This document shows, piece after piece, positions 7,686 to 15,218 of a stretch of DNA of 22,172 bases. The notes under the pieces were generated by a model. That model did not search any database. It was not told the DNA's origin and worked only from the letters and a program-made list of their open reading frames with translations. Made by a program: the position numbers and the translations under genes. The first letter of the stretch is position 1, and each line of letters starts with the position of its first letter. Source of the stretch: a virus (taxonomy: Duplodnaviria > Heunggongvirae > Uroviricota > Caudoviricetes); the IMG/VR virus record IMGVR_UViG_2585427761_000022; one strand, 5' to 3'.

Positions 7686-8496
7686 CATTCATGAACTCAT
7701 CCTTTGCGGTGATCTGCTGGAACGGCAAAATTTGCACCCCCTCTTTGCCCCCGTTGGGCGCATGGATGAGCACGTTTTTAAACGCGCCACCACCACGCGC
7801 ACCCTGTAACGTTTCTTTCAGGGAGTCCATGCTTTCGCGGTTTACCTGCGCTGCACCGATGTAGATGATGCACCCGGCGTGGGATCCATTGTCGTAATAC
7901 AGTTTTCTGAACATGTCCGCCGAATGAGACAGGCTGGCCGAGAGTAATGCGCCAAGATATTCCGGCATGCCGTAAATTTCCTGGTTAATGTCCGGATTCA
8001 TCAGGTGGCACACTTTGCCAGGGCGAAACTGAAACGCATCCTTGCCATCCTGCACATACCACCATGATTCAAGATCGCTTCCGCGTCGCATGTATTTCGC
8101 CAGGGCGTGCCGTAATTTAAGCGGTTCGCCGAACATATTGCTTCGAAGCTCAAGGAATGCGTTACCGAACACAAACCAGTCCAGCGCCAGCGCCGAGAAA
8201 TCCTGCCGGGAAAGCAGCGGGTGCGGGATGTAGCACCCGAGCAATACGTTGCGCTTAAAGTAAAGCGCAGACTGATGCCAGGACGTTTGCCGGGCGGCTC
8301 TTGCCAGACCGTACCAGTCCACCGGGGTTTCATACCACCGCCCGTTATCAGCACAGTACATATTGTCCAGCAAATCATGCCCGGTCAGGCGATAAGGACC
8401 ATCAAAAGTGAATGCACTGAGCGACGATTCTTTCCTGAGCGCATCAGCGAGATCAATGCGTGAACTCATGCGCACTTTTTTATTTTTTCTGCTCAT
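7492..8496 (-). CDS. Q: Portal (capsid portal vertex) protein, P2 gpQ-like
   Basis: 334-aa ORF with conserved portal segment AAHRVPPQLMG; ATG overlaps the terminase stop (TGATG coupling); convergent with A. Confidence 0.85.
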   Translation of the reverse strand: MSRKNKKVRMSSRIDLADALRKESSLSAFTFDGPYRLTGHDLLDNMYCADNGRWYETPVDWYGLARAARQTSWHQSALYFKRNVLLGCYIPHPLLSRQDFSALALDWFVFGNAFLELRSNMFGEPLKLRHALAKYMRRGSDLESWWYVQDGKDAFQFRPGKVCHLMNPDINQEIYGMPEYLGALLSASLSHSADMFRKLYYDNGSHAGCIIYIGAAQVNRESMDSLKETLQGARGGGAFKNVLIHAPNGGKEGVQILPFQQITAKDEFMNVKAASRDDVLAAHRVPPQLMGAMPGVRRLQGLMPPAVPDSWRPGYGGSPCCLRHDYGSGAARAA

Positions 8497-10246
8497 CAGA
8501 ACTCCATAACTGTGAAACGCTCGTTTTCTCCTTCGCCGCCAATTGGTTCGTTAATGACAGCAAGCATGGTTGCCCACGCAAGGTCGCCGTGGCTGCTCCC
8601 CCTCGCGCGGTCCGTTTCGTAAGTGATAAAGCCGCCCGGTGTTTTCACCTTACGCACGGCGTTAAAGGCCGCGACCAGCTCGCGTTCGGCGCGATCGTAT
8701 TCCCACCGCCCGGCACGCATTATTTGCAGCATTTTCAGTACAAGCGACCGTTTTGATGACAGCGTGAAGGTGTACGGAATAGCGGCAGGGAAAAACCGTT
8801 TCACTATCTGATAAACAGCCTCCCCGTTCCCGCCCGTCACATCAATGCCGATGTGTTCCACGTTGTAGCGATACGTGAAATCTTCAATGACTCTGGCCTG
8901 TTCTTCAAACTCCAGCCCCTGAACGCGTCGCGTCTCCACCGTTCGAAAACGGCCACCAGGAACAGCCGGAGGAACCACCACGGACACAGCGCCGCTGTCG
9001 CCGTTGCCACTGCTGCCGTTTGCGTCATACCCAATCCATACCGGACGATTCCCCATCGGGCGGGGAGCAAAAGGTTTCCAGTCTTTCCAGTCGTCGTATC
9101 CGTCAACACCGCAGCCAATCAGGATATTCAGGTTAAATGCCGATTCCCCTTCGCGGACAAACTCACACATATAGAGATTGAGGAACTCGTCTTCGGTGTT
9201 TTCATCACGAATTTCGTCGATATCGGTGTGTTTCCAGCCGTGATTAACCACATCTTCCAGCGTGACAATTTGCCGCCACGTCCGGTCAGGGCAGATAAGC
9301 CCGTTATGCAGCGTTTTCCAGTCCACAGAAAAACGCTGGCGTTTATGCGTGGCCTTTTTCTCGTTCCAGCGGTCGCCGTTCCAGTAGGCGTATGCTTCGT
9401 GCGTTTCGGTGGATGGCGTGGAGAAGTAGGTGCGCCGCAATCCGCTGAGGGTTGCCATAGCGCCAGCCACCTTGCGCAGTTCAGCAAAGCGACTGACCCA
9501 GAAAAATTCATCAAAATAAAAATTGCCCGTATAGGACTGCGCCGACGCAGCAGAAGTGCCGAGAAAATGCAGCTCTGCGCCGTTGGAGAGGATGATTTTA
9601 TCGCCCCCTTTCAGCTCCACATCAACTTCAGCCGCAGCCTTCTGAATAATGCTTTTAAACTGGAACGCCTGACGACGCGACGCAGACAAAAAATCTGGTT
9701 ACGCTGGTAAGGTTGCGCCACATCGTCACGCAGCGCCATCAGCAGTGCTTCCTGTGCAAAATACCAGGTCGCGCCAATCTGTCGGGATTTCAGGATCATC
9801 CTGTTACGTATCCCGGCTTCCCTGCAAAGGGTCAGGGAGTCAAACCAGCCCCGCTGATGCCACTCCAGCCTGCTGATGATTTTTTCCCGCAGTGCGGCAA
9901 TCTGTTCCGGCGTGAAATGATTTTTGAGTTTTTTCGCCCGGCCTTTCTTTCCTGTGGCCGTCGCATCCGGCTGGCCATCATGCATTTTTTTAAGCTGCCG
10001 GGTCAGCAGGTCTATTTCCTTAAAGTCACCGCCTGTTTTATTCTGTTTTTCAGTAAGCTAGATGAGGCGCGCATCGATGGACTGCGTGACACGCTGCACG
10101 GGTGGCGTTTCATCCCACTGGTCGCGTTTTTTCCACGCATAAATCGTGTTCGGGTTTATTCCCATCAGACGTGATATTTCTGCGGGCGGATAACCCTGCC
10201 AGTAAAGTTGCCGCGCACGCTGGCGCACAAAAGCGTCCTGAATCAT
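8496..10246 (-). pseudogene. P: Terminase large (ATPase) subunit, P2 gpP-like, disrupted by an in-frame TAG (10058-10060) and a 1-nt frameshift in an A6 tract (9688-9693)
   Basis: Three ORF-track fragments (10058-10246, 9611-9985, 8496-9689) that read as one terminase when joined: N-terminal HTH-like region, Walker A-like KSRQIGATWYFAQEAL, then large C-terminal domain. Confidence 0.7.
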
Positions 10247-10400
10247 TGCTCCCCCTGAGTAATTACAGGAAGATTACCCGCGCGCGAAACCGTTCTCCTT
10301 AACCCCCTGTTCTGGCCGTTTTCTTACAACAAAAGCCCTTTGTATCAGCCTGTTACGCTTTGCCATCATGACTGAAGAACCAGTCAGAGGGGCAAAAACT
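10247..10400. promoter_or_regulatory. Divergent late-promoter region between P (leftward) and O (rightward), expected site of Ogr/Delta-type activator-dependent promoters
   Basis: 154-bp intergenic region between divergent late operons, positionally as P2 P_P/P_O; no canonical TGT-N12-ACA dyad could be confirmed by eye. Confidence 0.4.
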
Positions 10401-11237
10401 ATGGCTAATGAAAAAAAGACATCCCGCAAAAAGTTTCGCGTGGCTGTCTCCGGATCAACTGTTGATGGCCGCGAAATCAGCCAGGTACATCTGCGTGAAG
10501 CCGCCGAGAACTTCAACCCGGATGTTTACGCTGCCCGCGTGAACGTTGAGCACTATCTCTCGCCATGCCCGTCAAGCGAATTTTCCGCAATGGGCGATGT
10601 CACCGCGCTGAGTACGGAAGATATTACGGAAGGCCCGCTGGCCGGACGTACTGCGCTGTATGCAGAAATCGAACCGACCGAGCGCATGAAGCAGCTTGTC
10701 GCTGACGGCAAGAAAATCTATTCCAGTATCGAACTGCACCCGCAGTTCTCCGTTAACGGGCGCGCCTATCTGGTCGGGCTGGCGATGACCGACACCCCGG
10801 CAAGCCTGGGCACTGAGCGCCTGAAATTCACGGCACAGCAACGTCAGGCGGTGATGACGTTCAACAGTATCCAGGGTGAAGCACCGCTTATCTCCGAAGC
10901 CATCGAGTCTGAAATCATCGAAATGGCAGAACAACGCCAGGAAGAAGGCACCCAGTGGTTTAACCGCGTAATGGGGATTATTGGTCGTGGCCGCAAAGCG
11001 GATGACGCCAGTTTCTCCCGAATTCAGGAAGCGGTGGAAGGCGTTGCAACGTCACAGGCCGACATTATCGACCGTTTTAATGTGCTGGAAACCCGCCATC
11101 AGCAGGACCGCCAGAAAATCACGTCACTGACCACAGAGCTGACAGCATTGAAGGAAAAACTGCGCACGCAGGACGGCGATCCGCAGAACCGCTTCACCGC
11201 AACGGGCGCAGCCTCCGACCAGCTGGCTGACTTCTGA
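10401..11237 (+). CDS. O: Capsid scaffolding protein, P2 gpO-like
   Basis: ATG at 10401 with GAGG upstream; about 279 aa; position between terminase and major capsid genes; acidic and coiled-coil-rich C-terminal half. Confidence 0.8.
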   Translation: MANEKKTSRKKFRVAVSGSTVDGREISQVHLREAAENFNPDVYAARVNVEHYLSPCPSSEFSAMGDVTALSTEDITEGPLAGRTALYAEIEPTERMKQLVADGKKIYSSIELHPQFSVNGRAYLVGLAMTDTPASLGTERLKFTAQQRQAVMTFNSIQGEAPLISEAIESEIIEMAEQRQEEGTQWFNRVMGIIGRGRKADDASFSRIQEAVEGVATSQADIIDRFNVLETRHQQDRQKITSLTTELTALKEKLRTQDGDPQNRFTATGAASDQLADF

Positions 11238-11260
11238 TAAGACAAAGGAGCAAATTTTTT

Positions 11261-12313
11261 ATGAATCTGGTGATGTCAGATATTACCCGCAACAAGCTGG
11301 GTTGCTATATGGCGCAGCAGGCGTCGCTTAACAATATCCCGGTATCTGCACTGGTATCGCGATTTACCGTGGAACCCGCGGTGCAGCAGCGTTTTGAAAA
11401 CGCCTCAAAGGAAAGTACCGAATTTACGAAAAGAATTAACGTGATCGGCGTGACCGACCAGAAAGGCGAAAAAATCCTCCTGGACACCACCGGGCCAATT
11501 GCGCGCACGAATAGCAGTTATGACGGCATCAAACGCCGTAACCCGAATAACGTGCTCGATATGAAGTCTCGTCAGTACCAGTGCGAACAGGTGAACTACG
11601 ATACCTTTATTTCGTACCCACAGCTTGATACCTGGGCAGCCCACAGCGATTTTCAGTCCCGTATCAGTACACAGATCGCCCGGCAGGTAGCGCTTGATCG
11701 CATCATGATTGGCTTTAACGGCACATCCCACGCCTACGAGTCTGATTTTCACACCAACAAGCTGCTTCAGGACGTTAACGTGGGCTGGCTGGAGCACATC
11801 AGAACCGATGCCAGCGAGCGCGTAATGAATGACGTGACGCTGACCTCCCGCAACATGGACAACACTGTGGCGCACGCGGGTAAGTATGCGAATGCCGATG
11901 CTCTGGTACAGGATGCGCGCTCATCCCTGCTGGATGAATGGCACAAGGAAGCTGACGACCTCGCGGTGATTATGGGGCGCAACCTGTTTAACTCGCTGCG
12001 TCTGCCCGTGCTGAACAGCATCAGCGGCCAGAATCCCAATGCGGAATTACTTGCCGGGCAGCTCATCCTGTCATCGCGCACCATTGGCGGGCTGGGCGTG
12101 TTCCTTGCGCCGTTCTTCCCGGATGCAACGATGCTTATCACCTCGTTCAACAACCTGTCGATTTACTGGCAGAAAGGTTCAATGCGTCGCCTGATGAAAG
12201 ACGAGCCGGAATACAACCGCATCGCCACCTACCAGTCCATCAATGACGCTTATGTCGTTGAAGACTATGGCAAGTGCGCGATGATCACTGGCCTGAAGTT
12301 CGCCGACAGCTAA
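11261..12313 (+). CDS. N: Major capsid protein, P2 gpN-like
   Basis: 350 aa; RBS AAGGAG; recalled similarity to P2 gpN (FTVEP..., GFNGT, LSIYWQ, YVVEDY blocks). Confidence 0.9.
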   Translation: MNLVMSDITRNKLGCYMAQQASLNNIPVSALVSRFTVEPAVQQRFENASKESTEFTKRINVIGVTDQKGEKILLDTTGPIARTNSSYDGIKRRNPNNVLDMKSRQYQCEQVNYDTFISYPQLDTWAAHSDFQSRISTQIARQVALDRIMIGFNGTSHAYESDFHTNKLLQDVNVGWLEHIRTDASERVMNDVTLTSRNMDNTVAHAGKYANADALVQDARSSLLDEWHKEADDLAVIMGRNLFNSLRLPVLNSISGQNPNAELLAGQLILSSRTIGGLGVFLAPFFPDATMLITSFNNLSIYWQKGSMRRLMKDEPEYNRIATYQSINDAYVVEDYGKCAMITGLKFADS

Positions 12314-12322
12314 TCAACTCAC

Positions 12323-12341
12323 GGCGGGCATCATGCCCGCC
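12323..12341 (+). other. Stem-loop (8-bp stem GGCGGGCA/TGCCCGCC, 3-nt loop) just downstream of N; possible attenuator, no U-tract
   Basis: Perfect inverted repeat 10 nt after the N stop codon. Confidence 0.35.
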
Positions 12342-12358
12342 TGTAACGGAGAGAAAAA

Positions 12359-13159
12359 ATGATTACTCCTGCACAACAACACTGGCAGAACGTGATGGCA
12401 CAGCGCGCAGGCCGGGCGAATGAAGGTGTGGACCACGCCGCGCGTACCGCGCATGAAGAGGTGCTGTATCGTCTGCGTCTGGCACAGGCCAGGCTAAAGG
12501 GCGTACAGGCCAGAAGCGCGAAAGCCGCCATCAAAAAAGAGTTGTTGCCGGACTTTTCCGGCTGGATTGAGGGAACGCTGGAGACTGACGGCGGGCAACA
12601 GGACGAAGTAATTGCCACGCTGATGGTGTGGGCGATTGACTGCGGCGATCTTCCGCTGGCGCTGCGTATTGGTGCATATGTGGTCCGTCACAACCTCATC
12701 ATGCCGGATAACTTTGGCCGTACTGCTGCCACGGTACTGACCGAAGAAATCTGCAACCCGGTACTGACGCAGGCCGGGACGGATGCCGACGCGGATTTAT
12801 CCGCCTTTATCGAACCACTGGACACACTTTGGGAAATTGTCGCCAACCAGGACATGCCGGACGAAGTGCGCGCCAAATTATGCAAGGCGTGTGCCTTTGC
12901 CCGTCGTGGCCTGACCGATGCAGACAACATGGCCTCATCACTGAAGCTGCTGCGCGAAGCGATGCACCTGAACCCGAACGCAGGTGTGAAACGCGAGATT
13001 GCAACCCTTTCCCGCGCCCTGAAAAAAGCCGATTCCGCAGCCGCACCAGAAGACGCCAGCGCACAGCAGACGCAGGACGAAAGCAGCAAAAGTAAAAAGA
13101 CAACGCAGAAGCCTGCAACACGAAAAACCACCGCGTCGCAGAAGGCGAAGCGCGGTTAA
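12359..13159 (+). CDS. M: Terminase small (endonuclease) subunit, P2 gpM-like
   Basis: 266 aa; RBS GGAGAG; position after N; basic Lys/Arg-rich C-terminal tail. Confidence 0.8.
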   Translation: MITPAQQHWQNVMAQRAGRANEGVDHAARTAHEEVLYRLRLAQARLKGVQARSAKAAIKKELLPDFSGWIEGTLETDGGQQDEVIATLMVWAIDCGDLPLALRIGAYVVRHNLIMPDNFGRTAATVLTEEICNPVLTQAGTDADADLSAFIEPLDTLWEIVANQDMPDEVRAKLCKACAFARRGLTDADNMASSLKLLREAMHLNPNAGVKREIATLSRALKKADSAAAPEDASAQQTQDESSKSKKTTQKPATRKTTASQKAKRG

Positions 13160-13174
13160 CGACTGACCCCGTCA

Positions 13175-13248
13175 GCGGGCGGCGTGCGCGGTGTTCCGGT
13201 TTGACTCCGTGACCGTTTACACCGCGCACCCACCGCCCGATTTTTTTT
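13175..13248 (+). terminator. Candidate Rho-independent terminator or attenuator: long imperfect inverted repeat (13175-13194 / 13219-13239) followed by T8 (13241-13248)
   Basis: GCGGGCGGCGTGCGCGGTGT ... ACACCGCGCACCCACCGCCCG then TTTTTTTT, between M and L. Confidence 0.5.
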
Positions 13249-13262
13249 CAGGAGTGAACTCC

Positions 13263-13757
13263 ATGAGTATGGTTGCCAGAACTGAACCAGGACCCGCAGA
13301 GGACGACATCACCGATACCGATGATGGCGACACTCGCATTTCAGCAGGTGCATTCTGGCCGGATATTGTGCTGCGCGAGCTGCGTCTGGCGGTACGACTG
13401 CCGGGCCGCGTGACCACCTCCCGCCTGCTGCATACCGCCACTGGGGCCGTGGCTCACGTTACCCGCGAACTGGAAGCGTGGCAGCAGGAACAGCAGGCGG
13501 CTGGCCATCAGACGCTGGCCGATGTTCCGGCACCCGTAATTAACGGAGAAAGCGTCAATCTCTGGCACTGGCGCAATGCTGTTTATACCGCCACACGTGC
13601 CCTGATTCTGGAGCGTTACCGCGATGCGGACACAACGGACAAGGGCGATCGCCGGGCGGACGCACTGGATATACAGACATCGGATTTGTGGCGCGATGTG
13701 AGCTGGGCCATCTCTGACATTCTGTGCCGCCCGCGAATCTTTGCGGAGTTGTGCTGA
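13263..13757 (+). CDS. L: Head completion/stabilisation protein, P2 gpL-like
   Basis: About 164 aa from ATG at 13263 with RBS AGGAG; position after M; stop overlaps the X start. Confidence 0.75.
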   Translation: MSMVARTEPGPAEDDITDTDDGDTRISAGAFWPDIVLRELRLAVRLPGRVTTSRLLHTATGAVAHVTRELEAWQQEQQAAGHQTLADVPAPVINGESVNLWHWRNAVYTATRALILERYRDADTTDKGDRRADALDIQTSDLWRDVSWAISDILCRPRIFAELC

Positions 13758-13957
13758 TGAAAGTGAAGGCACTGGAAGACGACACCGTGGATTCGCTCTG
13801 TTTCCGGTACTACGGCACGACGCAGGGCGTCACCGAAAAGGTGCTGGATGCCAACCCCGGACTCTGTCAGCAGGTATTTCTGGACGCCGGGCAGGAAGTG
13901 GAGATGCCGGAGCCGGAGAAGAAGAAACGAGAAATGATTCAGTTGTGGGGGGAGTAG
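13757..13957 (+). CDS. X: Tail protein X-like small protein (66 aa)
   Basis: ATGA overlap with the L stop; size and position as P2 gpX. Confidence 0.7.
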   Translation: MKVKALEDDTVDSLCFRYYGTTQGVTEKVLDANPGLCQQVFLDAGQEVEMPEPEKKKREMIQLWGE

Positions 13958-13959
13958 CA

Positions 13960-14283
13960 GTGAGCACCATTCAAACAGGGATCACAGAGCAGGTTATTGC
14001 GTGGCTCTTTGACCACCTGCCAACGGTGTATGCAGTAGGCGCGGCGGTCAGCATTTCAGCGCTGATGAGTCTTTATGACGGACGAACACTGGTTCAGACC
14101 GTAACGGGATCGCTGGCGTGCGGCGTTCTTGCCATGGCCGTGGCCGGGTCGTTGCGCTTCTTCGGGTTTCCTGAAGATGCCGTAACGTTTATCGGCGCAT
14201 CAATCGGTTTTATGGGGGCAGAGAAAGTACGCGACAAGGTTATTGCGGCCTTTAATCGCAGGGTGAAGGAGAAGGACGAATGA
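13960..14283 (+). CDS. Holin (about 107 aa, GTG start, multiple TM helices)
   Basis: RBS GGGGGAG before GTG at 13960; hydrophobic segments VYAVGAAVSISALMSL, VTGSLACGVLAMAVAGSL, VTFIGASIGFMGA; directly upstream of the endolysin. Confidence 0.65.
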   Translation: MSTIQTGITEQVIAWLFDHLPTVYAVGAAVSISALMSLYDGRTLVQTVTGSLACGVLAMAVAGSLRFFGFPEDAVTFIGASIGFMGAEKVRDKVIAAFNRRVKEKDE

Positions 14284-14672
14284 GCAACACATTTAAATTC
14301 AGCAGCCGGAGCGAAAAGAATTTGCAGGGCGTAAATCCTGATCTGGTGAAAGTGACCCGACGGGCACTGGAAATTTCGGAAGTGGATTTTGGTATCACCG
14401 AAGGATTGCGCAGCCGTTACCGCCAGAAGCAACTTGTGGCCACGGGTAAGAGCCATACCATAAACAGCCGCCACCTTACGGGGCATGCCGTGGATGTTGT
14501 GGCTTATGTCGGCAGCCAGGTGTCATGGGAATGGCCGCTGTACGAAAAAATCGCAGCAGCATTCAGACAGGCCAGCCAGGAACTGAATATTCCGGTGGAA
14601 TGGGGCGGCGACTGGAAGACCCTGAAAGACGGACCGCATTTTCAGTTACCACACGGAGCCTATCCGGCATGA
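14280..14672 (+). CDS. Endolysin, peptidase M15-type (zinc D-Ala-D-Ala carboxypeptidase / L-Ala-D-Glu endopeptidase family), not a P2 K-type lysozyme
   Basis: 130 aa; motif SRHLTGHAVDV typical of the VanY/M15 metal-binding site; between holin and spanins; ATGA coupling. Confidence 0.75.
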   Translation: MSNTFKFSSRSEKNLQGVNPDLVKVTRRALEISEVDFGITEGLRSRYRQKQLVATGKSHTINSRHLTGHAVDVVAYVGSQVSWEWPLYEKIAAAFRQASQELNIPVEWGGDWKTLKDGPHFQLPHGAYPA

Positions 14673-15142
14673 AGCTCTGGCCCACGCTTGGCGTCGCTTT
14701 CCTTCTGATTGCCGCATGGGGAACATCCATGCGTCTGTCGTGGTCGCTGGGCCGGGAGAACGCCAGAAACGAAGCGCAGACCAGCACCCTGAAAAGTACC
14801 GTCGACACACTGAATATCATCAGCGCCGGGGTACAGGATATGCAGCAGGTGCTGGCTCAACTCCGCGCGGAAAATCAGCAACGCAATCAGGACGGAGAGG
14901 TAAGACGTGAACAGCTACGCAACGATATTGCAAAAGATGAATGCGCCCACGCTTTGCCTGACGCTCGTTTTACTGACAGGTTGCGCAGGCACGCAGAACG
15001 CGCCACGGCCAGCGCCGTCAATCCGGCTTATACCGCAGACGCTGACCATGCCGGTAACGCCTCCCCCCTTCCCTGCCCCACCCACATGGGGAAACCTCGG
15101 AATATGGGGCGACCGCCTTCTGGATGCACTGGAAACCTGTAA
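14669..15142 (+). CDS. i-spanin (Rz / LysB-like), N-terminal TM plus coiled coil
   Basis: ATG at 14669 overlaps the endolysin stop; TM segment LGVAFLLIAAWGT followed by a Gln/Arg-rich helical region. Confidence 0.7.
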   Translation: MKLWPTLGVAFLLIAAWGTSMRLSWSLGRENARNEAQTSTLKSTVDTLNIISAGVQDMQQVLAQLRAENQQRNQDGEVRREQLRNDIAKDECAHALPDARFTDRLRRHAERATASAVNPAYTADADHAGNASPLPCPTHMGKPRNMGRPPSGCTGNL

Positions 15143-15218
15143 CGCGGATAAACGGGCCATTGCTGAACTGGATAAGAGAATAGCCGAACTGACACACCAG
15201 ACGGGAGTAACACAATGA
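14907..15218 (+). CDS. o-spanin (Rz1 / LysC-like) outer-membrane lipoprotein, starting inside the i-spanin gene in the +1 frame and extending past it
   Basis: Lipobox LLTGC; Pro-rich mature region; GTG at 14907 with RBS GGAGAGG (ATG at 14937 is an alternative start); classic overlapped spanin architecture. Confidence 0.6.
   Translation: MNSYATILQKMNAPTLCLTLVLLTGCAGTQNAPRPAPSIRLIPQTLTMPVTPPPFPAPPTWGNLGIWGDRLLDALETCNADKRAIAELDKRIAELTHQTGVTQ

Noticed and set aside
7400-7800. Search for a P2/186-type cos site (GGCG.GGCGGGGAAAGCA) at the A/Q junction
   Set aside because: No convincing match found by eye (nearest partial resemblance CGGGGAAATAC at about 17835, inside gene S, is not credible); left unresolved rather than annotated.
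8853-9710. 285-aa plus-strand ORF and other ORFs (9128-9514, 8837-9118) overlapping the terminase gene
   Set aside because: Antisense or off-frame to a recognisable terminase sequence; translations lack protein-like character.
8496-10246. Programmed recoding (amber readthrough plus -1 frameshifting) as the explanation for the split terminase
   Set aside because: I know of no precedent for programmed recoding in P2-family terminase genes, and two separate lesions fit mutational decay or sequencing error better; kept as a stated alternative in the findings.
10247-10400. Ogr-type activator dyad TGT-N12-ACA in the P/O divergent promoter region
   Set aside because: Only off-spacing or reverse-oriented matches (TGT-N15-ACA at 10308-10328; ACA-N12-TGT at 10326-10343) were seen, so no specific activator site is annotated.
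12331-13229. Minus-strand ORFs (12331-12618, 12688-13131, 12807-13229) overlapping gene M
   Set aside because: Antisense to the terminase small-subunit gene within a co-directional late operon; low-complexity products.
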